Translations under genes and position numbers: made by a program
Shown: one piece after another, positions 53,662-62,636 of the stretch
How the letters are laid out: the number at the start of each line of letters is the position of its first letter
Position numbering within the stretch: position 1 is the stretch's first letter
Assembly (NCBI GenBank): GCA_963793135.1
Contig: CAWBYX010000005.1
Span: forward strand, 129,203-193,202
From: an uncultured Verrucomicrobiae bacterium
GTDB taxonomy: Bacteria; Verrucomicrobiota; Verrucomicrobiia; Chthoniobacterales; JAFAMB01
Direction of reading: 5' to 3'
Length of the DNA stretch: 64,000 nucleotides
The notes under the pieces: generated by a model
The model's database searches: none
Seen by the model: the letters and a program-made list of their open reading frames with translations, nothing else
What the model was told of the DNA's origin: nothing

Positions 53662-55578
53662 CTACCCGCGCGACTCTGATTCCTTCTGTCGTCGGAAAGA
53701 CTCAATCGCCTCGTACTCTGGCAAACCGAGGCGATCGTAGTGTTGAGCGGTGGCCCGATTATTGTTTTCCGCTTGCTGCCAGCTCTCACCGGTCTGGGCC
53801 CCGAGGAACGGAGTTTGGCTTCGCTGCGACCGATGGTGGTAAAGACAGTCCAACTTCACCGCCAACTCCGCCGGGCTTAAAGGTACGGCCATATTAATTT
53901 CATGAGGAGACCAGGGCTGCTCACTCGACGCATACATCCAGATTTGGCAGGCTTTCATCCAGGCTTCAGAAACGCACTCCTCCAAGGCTGAGATGACCAG
54001 ACGGAACGAAATCCCAGAGACACTGCCTGGTTCGGCGCCCGACCCGGTGACGTAGATCTGATGAGGTTTAATTCCTTGGCACAATTGTCGGATCTTGCTC
54101 ACATCCTCGCCAGTGGGGTTGAACTGCCGATAACGCCCTTTTTCGTAAAAAGGAAGATCCAGGAAGAGTACCTTCGCGATGTCGAGCCCGAGGACCTGGC
54201 AGGAGGCGCGTGCTTCGGCCTTTCGTATGAGGCCCTTGAACTGGCGCAAGTTGTGACTGTCCTCGTCGAACGGAGCCTTCTTTTCAAGTTCATCTGCCAA
54301 TTGATCCAGTCGATCCTGGCCCTGGGTATCCGCTGGACGATCGATCCTCAACTCATTGAGAAGACTAATCGCCATTCTGGCTTCGTTGTCAGGCACGCCA
54401 AGGTTGCCGGAAGTCAGGTAAGCAAAGGTTACCTCATGCCCGTGACGACGCAGTCGGTGAAGCGTCCCCGCCATTCCCAACTCGGCATCCAACGGTTCCG
54501 GTCCGAAGACCAGGACCCTTTTCTGGGCCGGATCCGCTGGAACCGGCCGGTTAGAGTCGTCTGCATTCGGCTTCCCACCTGGCCAACCGGTGATAGTGTG
54601 CTGAAGTTCGTTGAAGATGCGAATGTTAAGGCCGTAGGCCGAGCCGGTCTCGAGAAGGAGCGCGGCCAAACCATGTTCAGCGTAGTCTTCGTCTCGCAAC
54701 CTTAAGACCGGTTTTTTCAAATCGCTGGCCAAAGAAACGACCGATTTGCGGATAAGCTGAGGGTTCCAAGCAACGGGACCGACTTTCCAGGGAAACTTAA
54801 ATCGAGTCAGTTCTCGGGCGGCTGCTTCGTCGATATAGCATCGGCAATTTGGATGGCGCTGCAGAAAGCTCGCCGGAACAGCATCAATCTGAGGACCTTC
54901 GATCGCCACACGAAGAATCGCGGCTTTGGATTCACCCCAGGCCAGCAACACGAGTTCTTTCGCTTGTAAGATCGTTCCAACGCCCATGGTGATCGCGTAA
55001 GCGGGAACATTTTCTTCACCGCGAAAATCTCGAGCGGCATCTCGCCGAGTTAGCCGGTCGAGGGCAACCATTCTGGTTCGGGAATCGATCCCGGAGCCGG
55101 GTTCGTTGAACCCAATGTGGCCCGTCCTCCCGATGCCGAGAATCTGGACATCGATTTCTCCGGCAGCCAAGATCTTCCGTTCATAGTCCTGACAGTAGGC
55201 AAAGACTTCCGAACGTGCGACGCGACCATCCGGCACATGGATATTCTCTTCTGGAACGTCAATGTCATTGAAAAGCTGTACCTCCATAAAGTGGCGGTAA
55301 CTCTCCGGGTGCTGCGGTGGCAGCCCGTAGTATTCGTCGAGGTTGAAGGTCACAACGTTGTGAAAGGAGAGGCCCTCTTCGCGGTGCCATCTGATCAGTT
55401 CTTTGTAGAGTTTGACCGGAGTCGAGCCGGTAGCGAGCCCGAGCACAGCGTTCCTGCCCTCGTCCTGACGCTCGCGAATAAGCCGCGCGATGGAAGCGGC
55501 TACCAGACGTACAGCCTCATCGGAGCTTTGAAATACGGCCGTTCGGATGCGTTCGTACTGCTCGGTTTCGGAAGTCAT
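53662..55578 (-). CDS. nagB: glucosamine-6-phosphate deaminase (NagB) fused to a C-terminal LmbE/PIG-L-like domain
   Basis: 638-aa ORF. The N-terminal half has LGLATGSTPVKLY, FNLDEYYGL, and GIGRTGHIGFNEPGS. The C-terminal half has VLVFGPEPLDAELGMAGTLHRLRRHGHEVTFAYLTSGNLG (LmbE fold pattern). Confidence 0.85.
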   Translation of the reverse strand: MTSETEQYERIRTAVFQSSDEAVRLVAASIARLIRERQDEGRNAVLGLATGSTPVKLYKELIRWHREEGLSFHNVVTFNLDEYYGLPPQHPESYRHFMEVQLFNDIDVPEENIHVPDGRVARSEVFAYCQDYERKILAAGEIDVQILGIGRTGHIGFNEPGSGIDSRTRMVALDRLTRRDAARDFRGEENVPAYAITMGVGTILQAKELVLLAWGESKAAILRVAIEGPQIDAVPASFLQRHPNCRCYIDEAAARELTRFKFPWKVGPVAWNPQLIRKSVVSLASDLKKPVLRLRDEDYAEHGLAALLLETGSAYGLNIRIFNELQHTITGWPGGKPNADDSNRPVPADPAQKRVLVFGPEPLDAELGMAGTLHRLRRHGHEVTFAYLTSGNLGVPDNEARMAISLLNELRIDRPADTQGQDRLDQLADELEKKAPFDEDSHNLRQFKGLIRKAEARASCQVLGLDIAKVLFLDLPFYEKGRYRQFNPTGEDVSKIRQLCQGIKPHQIYVTGSGAEPGSVSGISFRLVISALEECVSEAWMKACQIWMYASSEQPWSPHEINMAVPLSPAELAVKLDCLYHHRSQRSQTPFLGAQTGESWQQAENNNRATAQHYDRLGLPEYEAIESFRRQKESESRG

Positions 55579-55580
55579 AG

Positions 55581-55637
55581 AGTTGTCAGTGCCAGTGCCA
55601 GTGCCAGTTGTCAGTGTCAGTTGCCAGTTCTCAGTGG
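55581..55637. repeat. one-armed TGTCAGT/TGCCAGT word array directly upstream of the nagB start codon
   Basis: AGTTGTCAGTGCCAGTGCCAGTGCCAGTTGTCAGTGTCAGTTGCCAGTTCTCAGTGG. Uses the same words as 49497-49551. Confidence 0.9.
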
Positions 55638-55709
55638 GGGAACATCCGCGATGGAGATTCTACTTCAGACCCTTCTTTGGCGCATTCCCAGCTTTTCTCG
55701 CTTTGTTTA

Positions 55710-55757
55710 ACTCCAACACTCCAATACTCCAACACTCCCACACTCCATCACTCCATC
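55710..55757. repeat. tandem octamer array (ACTCCAAC-like) x6, G-free on the plus strand
   Basis: ACTCCAAC ACTCCAAT ACTCCAAC ACTCCCAC ACTCCATC ACTCCATC. It ends 3 nt before the stop codon at 55761-55763. Confidence 0.95.
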
Positions 55758-55760
55758 TTC

Positions 55761-56711
55761 TTAATGAAATCCCAGGCTGAGGAGATTCACCACTTTTTGA
55801 GCGTTTTCTGGAGTCACGAAACTCGGTCCTGTCAGGATCAAATCGTTCTGGAGGATAGATCCATATCTCGCGTAATTCGCCAAAAATACGACCGGAAGAT
55901 AACCCTGCAGCCATTCTTGCTGGTCGATCGCAAACTCAACCTGTTTTTTCGCCAACGCGGCGACAATCGCGGGCGAAATATCAAAGGTACAGACTTTGAT
56001 CTTGCCTGTTTTCTCAGCTTGATCGACCGCTTGCAATGCGGGCTCAGCGACAATCGGACCCAAGGCGACTATTCCGTCGATGCTGGAATACTCCTTTAGA
56101 TACCTGCTGACAGTATCCTGACACTCTTTGAAATCCATCGTGACCGGGAGAACCTGAACATGATGAAAAGGACCCTCGAATCCTTCCCTGAAGCCTTTGA
56201 TCCTTTGATCCAGCGCCGCATTTCCGACTTCCTGATCGAGGATCACGACATTCTTTACTCCCGAGGCCTTCATGCGTTCTCCGGCCTTCTTTCCGGCCGG
56301 CTCATCCAGCTGGCCGATGTGCATCAGGCATCCGAGCCGTTTTGAGACTTCCAATCCCGAATTGATGGAAATGACCGGGATTTTCGCAGCGACTGCGGCC
56401 TGAATCGATCGGCTCAAAACCGCGGCGTCCGGTATCGTTACGATCAAACCGTCAGGTTTGGAGGCAACGGCCGCGTCGATTAGCTGAGCCATGGCCGCCA
56501 AATCGAAATTCTGAGGGGAGCGATATTCCAGGTCACTGTTGGTTTCCTCGGCAGCGGCATCGGCGCCGTTCTGCACAATCAGCCAAAACGAATCCGCCGC
56601 CTGGCCGTGGGTCACCATGATTATCTTCGGCTTCCTCTGAGCGAGGGCGGCCGAAGGAAATGACAAGCTCACCGCGCAAGCGAGCAACGGCAGGATTTTC
56701 CAATTCATCAT
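55761..56711 (-). CDS. sugar-binding periplasmic protein (type I PBP, orphan ABC substrate-binding component)
   Basis: ORF 55761-56822. I place the start at MMNWKILPLLACAVSLSFPSAALA (56711/56708). PBP1 pattern KIIMVTHG...FWLIVQNGA...DGLIVTIPD. Confidence 0.75.
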   Translation of the reverse strand: MMNWKILPLLACAVSLSFPSAALAQRKPKIIMVTHGQAADSFWLIVQNGADAAAEETNSDLEYRSPQNFDLAAMAQLIDAAVASKPDGLIVTIPDAAVLSRSIQAAVAAKIPVISINSGLEVSKRLGCLMHIGQLDEPAGKKAGERMKASGVKNVVILDQEVGNAALDQRIKGFREGFEGPFHHVQVLPVTMDFKECQDTVSRYLKEYSSIDGIVALGPIVAEPALQAVDQAEKTGKIKVCTFDISPAIVAALAKKQVEFAIDQQEWLQGYLPVVFLANYARYGSILQNDLILTGPSFVTPENAQKVVNLLSLGFH

Positions 56712-56784
56712 ATACAAATGTCCGGTCATCGAAATAACATCCATTTTGCCCAGTTGCACCGACTCAACAGACTGAAAAAGAGGT

Positions 56785-58581
56785 ATGGACAACACCGGAA
56801 AACAGCCGCAGCAACAATACATATCTGCACTGCTCCGTCAGTTCCTGAAGGTTAAGCTCTGGCTGCTTGACCATTTCCTGATTGGCGAGCGGCAGTTCAT
56901 GCTGATCTGGGCGGCGCTGATCGGTTTTCTGGGCGCCCTTGCAGCGGAGGCCTTCCGCAGAGCCACTGACATCCTGCATCACCTGGCGACCGGCAGCGAC
57001 TCGGAAATTATTTCATCTTTCGCTCGGTTGCCATGGTGGCAAAGAATAGCGGTGCCCACGGTGGGCGGACTCCTGGCCGGTCTCACCCTGTGGATCGGCA
57101 ACCGCCTGACCAGCCGCATTCGCCAGAAAACAACGACCGATTACATGGAAGCGATCGTGATCGGCAGTGGCTCGATTTCAGTTCCAGCAAGCATCGTGAA
57201 GTCACTGTCCGCCCTGTTTTCGATCAGCACCGGCGCTTCGATCGGGAGAGAAGGACCACTCGTCCAGCTCTCCTCACTGGTGGCTTCACTGATTGCCCAG
57301 CTCCGGAATTTGCCGATCGCTCAACGGCGTCAATTGGTGGCCTGTGGAGCCGCCGCTGGAATTGCGAGCGCCTACAACGCGCCGATCGCCGGTTCCTTTT
57401 TCGTGGCCGAGATTATTCTCGGAACAGTGGTGGTCGAAGCACTTGGACCTTTGATCCTTGCCGCGGTCGTCGCGACATTTACCGCGCAGACCCTGCATGG
57501 AGGCGGCCCCATCTACAAATCGCCAGGATTCACTTTAGAGTCTCCGTGGGAGCTCATTCCGCTGGCCTTGTTGGGAGTGGTCTGTGGATTCCTGGCACCT
57601 GTCTACCTCAGATTTCTTCGTGAGGTTCAGCGCCTGTTTTCGAAATTCACCATGCCGGTCCCGGCCAAAATCGCTCTGGGCGGCGCGATCGTCGGCAGCC
57701 TGGCTGTCTTCAGTCCTTATGTCTGCGGGAATGGCCAAGGATTGCTGATGATCCTGTTTCACCAGAATTGGTATTCGGACGAGGTTCTCGCGATCTTTCT
57801 CCTCAAATTAGTGGCCACAGCCGCAACCTTCGGATCCGGAGCGGTTGGCGGGGTGTTCACTCCCACGCTGTTCGTCGGCGCGGCACTTGGAATGCTCTAC
57901 GGCCGGGGAGTCCTTTATGCCCTTCCGTTATTTCATCCGGACCCCGCGATGTATGCCATCGTCGGGATGGGGTCTTTTATCGCGGCCACCACCGGCGCGC
58001 CTCTGATGTCCATCCTGTTAGGTTTTGAGTTGACTCTCGACTATACGATCGCGCCGCTGCTGATGGTTGATTGTGTTGTCGCCTACTATTGCAGCAGCAT
58101 TTTCGAAAAGCAGTTCATTTACGGAGAATCGCTGGAACGCAAAGGCGCCGCGTTTTTCAATCGTCAATTGGCCGAAGCGAAAATTGTCGATCTGATTCGA
58201 CGCGACCCGATCACCCTCCCTCGAAATGCGACCTTTGCCGAGATCGAAAAGACATTCCTCTCAAACAGGTACCAGCATATTTATATCGTCGGGAAAGAGA
58301 TGGAGTTTCTCGGTGCCGTCTCTCTGCATGACATCAAAGAGTTCCTCGATCAGCCGGAACTCGGCAATATGGTGATTGCCTCGGACATCATGAAAGAGAC
58401 CTTCCCAAGGATCTCGCCGCTCCAACGCATGGCTGACGCTTTAGAAAAGTTTTCAGAAGTGGACTGCGAACGACTTCCAGTCGTCGACAATCTCAGTTCT
58501 CAACGCCTGATCGGCAGTATTTCCAAGACTGACATTATGCTCCACCTGGCCGGAAAAGTGAGATCGAAAACAGCGGGATGA
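56785..58581 (+). CDS. ClC-family chloride channel/antiporter with a C-terminal CBS pair
   Basis: 598-aa ORF. Selectivity motifs GASIGREGP, GSGAVGGVFTP, and GAPL. Two CBS-like repeats at the C-terminus. Confidence 0.9.
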   Translation: MDNTGKQPQQQYISALLRQFLKVKLWLLDHFLIGERQFMLIWAALIGFLGALAAEAFRRATDILHHLATGSDSEIISSFARLPWWQRIAVPTVGGLLAGLTLWIGNRLTSRIRQKTTTDYMEAIVIGSGSISVPASIVKSLSALFSISTGASIGREGPLVQLSSLVASLIAQLRNLPIAQRRQLVACGAAAGIASAYNAPIAGSFFVAEIILGTVVVEALGPLILAAVVATFTAQTLHGGGPIYKSPGFTLESPWELIPLALLGVVCGFLAPVYLRFLREVQRLFSKFTMPVPAKIALGGAIVGSLAVFSPYVCGNGQGLLMILFHQNWYSDEVLAIFLLKLVATAATFGSGAVGGVFTPTLFVGAALGMLYGRGVLYALPLFHPDPAMYAIVGMGSFIAATTGAPLMSILLGFELTLDYTIAPLLMVDCVVAYYCSSIFEKQFIYGESLERKGAAFFNRQLAEAKIVDLIRRDPITLPRNATFAEIEKTFLSNRYQHIYIVGKEMEFLGAVSLHDIKEFLDQPELGNMVIASDIMKETFPRISPLQRMADALEKFSEVDCERLPVVDNLSSQRLIGSISKTDIMLHLAGKVRSKTAG

Positions 58582-58582
58582 A

Positions 58583-58755
58583 GGCAGGAGGCAGGATTCA
58601 GGATTCAGGAGCTGGGAGCCAGGAGCCAAGAGTCAATGGTCAGGGGCCGGGAGCGAGACTCGGCCGAGCGCAAGTTGCTCTCTAGAATCTTCACGCGCGC
58701 CAGCCCGTGGGTTGCTTCTGGCTCCTGGCTCCTGAATCAATCCTGAATCCTCTCT
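58583..58755. repeat. imperfect palindrome built from CAGGATT / CAGGAGC words
   Basis: Left arm GGCAGGAGGCAGGATTCAGGATTCAGGAGCTGGGAGCCAGGAGCCAAGAG (58583-58632). Right arm CTTCTGGCTCCTGGCTCCTGAATCAATCCTGAATCCTCTC (58716-58755). The spacer is 83 nt. It starts 2 nt after the ClC stop. Confidence 0.9.
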
Positions 58756-59267
58756 TAGTGGATGACGCTCCGTAATCAAACATCCGAAAGTGACGATTGT
58801 ATCGTGCTGCGAGCCATTTAAGGGCCATCGCCTCGAGCGTTCCACCCTATTTGAGCGGCGACCGAACAATGCACTCTTATCCATAGTCGTTAGCCCGAGA
58901 ATTTCATCAGCCCATGCGCTCATTTTGGATCCTCGTTGAGCACTGTTCGGGTGATCTAAAGCGCAATCTGCGAAAGTTCGCACAACCCTTTGCAGACAGG
59001 CGACCCTCACTCCACCAAGTGCGTTTCTTGACCGGATCCGGGTGTGAAATCGCTTGACTGATTGAATATTACGGCCTAACCAAAACCAGGTTGATATTAC
59101 CCCCATAAAATTGATCATGACGCAGTAGTGAAGTCTACCTGCAAATCAACAAGGTCTTCGACCCGCTTGAACAGGTGGCGGTTGATAGAGGGGTTAAACC
59201 GCGTCAATTAATGGTTAGTTCTAATTCCTCAAAATAATTCCACGGGTCACAAGGTTCCAACTGATAT

Positions 59268-60686
59268 ATGAGAATTCGTTCCCCCAAAAGTGTATTTTTC
59301 GTAGCCTCTTTTTGTGCTGCGATTCTGGCTGGTGCTTCGGCCAGAGCTGAAGACAGCAAATTCGATTGGAAACAGGCGGCTGGTGCCAAAATCACGGTTG
59401 CGTTTAACCAACATCCATACGCAGACGCGATCATCCAACAGCTGCCCAAATTCAAAGAACTAACCGGGATCGACATTTCCCACGAAGTCACGCCTGAGGA
59501 GAACTACTTCGACAAAGTGACAACCATGTTGTCGGCGAAGACCGGCACTCCCGATGTCTTCATGACTGGCGTTTACCAGTTGTGGGACTATGCGAGCTCC
59601 GGCCGGATGGAGCCGTTGGACAAGTATTTGGCGGACGCAACGCTCACCAATCCGGACTACAACCCAAAAGACATTTTCGAAGGCGTATTCAATGGGGGAA
59701 AATGGGATCTCAAGGCAGGATCTCCTACCGGTACGGGCAGTCTGTACGCACTTCCACTCGGCTTTGAGATGTACTCTGTCGCTTACAATAAGAAGTACTT
59801 CGACGAGAAGGGCCTGAAGCCGCCGGAGACGCTGGACGAGCTCGTTGAGCTGTCCGCTAAGTTGAAGGGCTGGAACGGTCCTGGATCATACGGCGTCGCG
59901 GTTCGGGGTACCCGGAACTGGGCAACGATCCATCCGGGATACATGTCGGCTTTCACCAGCGCCGGAGCGAAGGACTTTGTCGTTAAGGATGGTAAATTGG
60001 TCTCTGCGGTGGATTCGCCTGAAGCGGTCGCACTGACAGCCAAGTATGCCAAAATGATCAAGGACGGAGGCCCTCCGGCGTGGTCCAATTATACCTGGTA
60101 TCAATGCGGCGCTGATCTTGGTGCCGGTAAAGCAGCGATCTTATACGACGCGGATATCCTCGGATACTTTACAAACGTAGCCGGCAGCACCAACCAATCT
60201 GGCAATATCGCGTTTGCGCCCGGACCGGTGGTTAAAGCGGGCGACTCACCTCAATCGAACGAATGGGTCTGGCAATTGGCGATGAATAGCGCCTCAAAGA
60301 ATAAGAAGGCAGCATGGCTCTTCATCCAGTACTTCACCGGACCGGAGTTCGAACTCTGGGCGGCGCTCAACGCCAAAACGGTGGACCCGGCGCGCAAGTC
60401 GGTCTGGGATAACGATCAATTCAAAGAGAAGCTATCCAAGGTTCAAGGATACGCCGATACCTTCCAGAAGACGATTCCGAATACCGGCATCAAATTCACG
60501 CCCGAGCCATACTTCATCCAATCGACCACGGAGTGGGCTGCCACTCTGCAACAGATTGTCCTCTCAGGCGCAAACCCGGAGACTGCAATGAAAGAACTCG
60601 CGAAGCGGATTTCGCGCGAAACTTCCAAGTTGAAGTTGAGCCAGTCAGACGAAAAGACGGCAACGCAAACGCAACCGGCACGATAG
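59268..60686 (+). CDS. ABC-transporter extracellular solute-binding protein (family 1, sugar)
   Basis: 472-aa ORF with a signal peptide (MRIRSPKSVFFVASFCAAILAGASARA). Followed by two permease genes and two ATPase genes. Confidence 0.85.
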   Translation: MRIRSPKSVFFVASFCAAILAGASARAEDSKFDWKQAAGAKITVAFNQHPYADAIIQQLPKFKELTGIDISHEVTPEENYFDKVTTMLSAKTGTPDVFMTGVYQLWDYASSGRMEPLDKYLADATLTNPDYNPKDIFEGVFNGGKWDLKAGSPTGTGSLYALPLGFEMYSVAYNKKYFDEKGLKPPETLDELVELSAKLKGWNGPGSYGVAVRGTRNWATIHPGYMSAFTSAGAKDFVVKDGKLVSAVDSPEAVALTAKYAKMIKDGGPPAWSNYTWYQCGADLGAGKAAILYDADILGYFTNVAGSTNQSGNIAFAPGPVVKAGDSPQSNEWVWQLAMNSASKNKKAAWLFIQYFTGPEFELWAALNAKTVDPARKSVWDNDQFKEKLSKVQGYADTFQKTIPNTGIKFTPEPYFIQSTTEWAATLQQIVLSGANPETAMKELAKRISRETSKLKLSQSDEKTATQTQPAR

Positions 60687-60697
60687 GCAAATTCTCG

Positions 60698-60731
60698 GGG
60701 AATTGGGCGGCCATCGAGCCGCCCAATTCCC
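60698..60731 (+). other. perfect 14-bp stem-loop between the SBP and permease genes (intra-operon hairpin)
   Basis: GGGAATTGGGCGGC-catcga-GCCGCCCAATTCCC. Confidence 0.7.
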
Positions 60732-60832
60732 TTCGATCGCCTCCCCGTTGTTCATTCAATCGTCCAGATCCCTGGGAACCGTTGCGAGCAATAATGTGTC
60801 CCTTCCCCTAACCGCTAACGCCATCCATCAGC

Positions 60833-61792
60833 ATGAGCACAGCGACAGCTGATCCAGTCCAGAAGCGGATCGAACCGCCGCGAACAGAACTCTCGGAGGC
60901 CGGAAAGAAATACGCGCGCAGGAAGGCCTTGCGCCCCTTTCTCGTCCTTGCACCATCGTTTTTGCTGACCATCGGCATCTTGATTCCATTTATCGTAGCG
61001 ATCTTCTATTCGTTCACCGATCTGACCCTCAGAAGCTCTGATTTTAATCTCATCGGTTTCGGCAATTTCGTAGACACATTTACAAGTCCCGATTTTTGGC
61101 ACTCGGTCTCGATTACCCTCCAGTACGCGTTCTGGGCCACAGGCGTGGAAATGCTGCTGGGACTGGGCATTGCCTTGTTGCTGAACGAAGAGAACTGGCT
61201 TTCGAAATTCTTGCGGTTGGTGTTGATCTTTCCCTTGATGATCGCTCCGGTGATCGGCGCCCTGGTCTGGCAACTCATGACCAATCCTTCGGTCGGTATT
61301 CTGCGGTTTCCACTTTCGTGGATTGGTCTGGGCGGATTCAGATGGAGCGCAGATCCCGACTACGCATTGTTCTCGGTGATCCTGATTGACGTCTGGATTT
61401 ACACGCCTTTCGTAGTCATTCTGGCGCTGGCTGGATTGCGATCGTTGCCAAAATCTCCGTACGAAGCGGCGCTCATCGACGGCGGTTCGGCATGGTTTGT
61501 CTTTCGCAATCTGACGCTGCCGATGCTCGCTCCAGTCCTGCTCATCGCATTGATATTCCGCTTAATGACTTCTCTGCAGGAATTTGCGATTATTTTCGCC
61601 TCGACCAAAGGGGGGCCGGGCGACAAGACCCTCAGCGTCGCCTTAGCAGCCTATAACCAGGCTTTCCCTTTCTACAATCTAAGCGGCTCGATTCCGATGC
61701 TGCTCTTTTTGTGGGCATTCATTTACGCGATTTGCTTTGTCCTGATTGGATTTTGGAGAAAGGCGCAGAAAATTTCCTCTGGAGCTGTGTAA
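60833..61792 (+). CDS. sugar ABC transporter permease (MalF/UgpA-type)
   Basis: 319-aa ORF with six predicted TM segments. EAA-like loop SPYEAALIDGGSAWFVFRNLTLPML. Confidence 0.85.
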   Translation: MSTATADPVQKRIEPPRTELSEAGKKYARRKALRPFLVLAPSFLLTIGILIPFIVAIFYSFTDLTLRSSDFNLIGFGNFVDTFTSPDFWHSVSITLQYAFWATGVEMLLGLGIALLLNEENWLSKFLRLVLIFPLMIAPVIGALVWQLMTNPSVGILRFPLSWIGLGGFRWSADPDYALFSVILIDVWIYTPFVVILALAGLRSLPKSPYEAALIDGGSAWFVFRNLTLPMLAPVLLIALIFRLMTSLQEFAIIFASTKGGPGDKTLSVALAAYNQAFPFYNLSGSIPMLLFLWAFIYAICFVLIGFWRKAQKISSGAV

Positions 61793-61796
61793 AATC

Positions 61797-62630
61797 ATGA
61801 ATCAAAACGGGAGTGCTCTGGGTCGATTGGGGTCAATCGCAAAGACCATTTTGCTTTTAATCTACGCCCTCTTCGCGTTGTTCCCGCTTCTCTGGATGCT
61901 GATTCTTTCCTTCAAGCCGGACAACGAAATGTTTACCACGACCTTCTTCTTCACACCGACGCTGTCGAATTTCCAGGCCGTCTTCAGCAAGTCGGATTTC
62001 CTTGGGACGTTGTGGAATAACTTGGTGGTCAGCTGCCTGGCAGTGGCGCTTTCGTTGGTGGTTGGGGTGCCTGCCGCCTACGCTCTCGGCCGTTTCGACT
62101 TCAAAGGCAAAGAGGACATCGCCTTCACCTTTCTTTCGTTTAAGTTTGCGCCGGAGATCCTGGTCATCATTCCGCTTTATCTGATTTACCAGCAGTTGCA
62201 CCTGATCGACAGCATCGTGGGATTGATCTGGGTTTACCAGCTGATCAGTCTTCCGCTGTTGATTTGGATTCTACGCGGATTTTTTGAGGACCTCTCAAAA
62301 GATATGGAGGCCGCGGCCCAACTGGATGGGTATAGCTGGTGGCAGGTATTCTTCAAGATGCTGCTTCCGCTGGTCAAACCAGGCTTGGTCGCCGCCGGGC
62401 TGCTCTGTTTCATTTTCTGCTGGAACTCGTTCACCTTCGCCTTGCTGCTGGGCGGAGGTCACACTCAGACTTCCACCGTCTCGATGACGCAATTTCTGGC
62501 CTCGGACACCGTGCACTACGGATGGGTTGCGGCGGCGGCTTTAATCTGCGCCCTGCCGGAAATCATTCTGGCCTTACTGATTCAAAAACATCTCGTTCGC
62601 GGCCTGTCGTTTGGTGCGGTGAAAGGGTAA
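61797..62630 (+). CDS. sugar ABC transporter permease (MalG/UgpE-type)
   Basis: ORF 61746-62630, with an ATG at 61797. EAA loop DMEAAAQLDGYSWWQVFFKMLLPLVKPG. Confidence 0.85.
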   Translation: MNQNGSALGRLGSIAKTILLLIYALFALFPLLWMLILSFKPDNEMFTTTFFFTPTLSNFQAVFSKSDFLGTLWNNLVVSCLAVALSLVVGVPAAYALGRFDFKGKEDIAFTFLSFKFAPEILVIIPLYLIYQQLHLIDSIVGLIWVYQLISLPLLIWILRGFFEDLSKDMEAAAQLDGYSWWQVFFKMLLPLVKPGLVAAGLLCFIFCWNSFTFALLLGGGHTQTSTVSMTQFLASDTVHYGWVAAAALICALPEIILALLIQKHLVRGLSFGAVKG

Positions 62631-62636
62631 ATAGAT

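Noticed and set aside
56712-56784. Fluoride riboswitch upstream of the ClC gene, and TPP riboswitch upstream of thiM (52500-52570)
   Set aside because: The 73-nt spacer before the ClC gene lacks the conserved crcB-motif blocks. thiM has no upstream non-coding space at all.
58633-59118. 161-aa minus-strand ORF as a real gene
   Set aside because: It has no motifs and an implausible composition, it overlaps the CAGGATT palindrome, and the alternative frames are equally uninformative.
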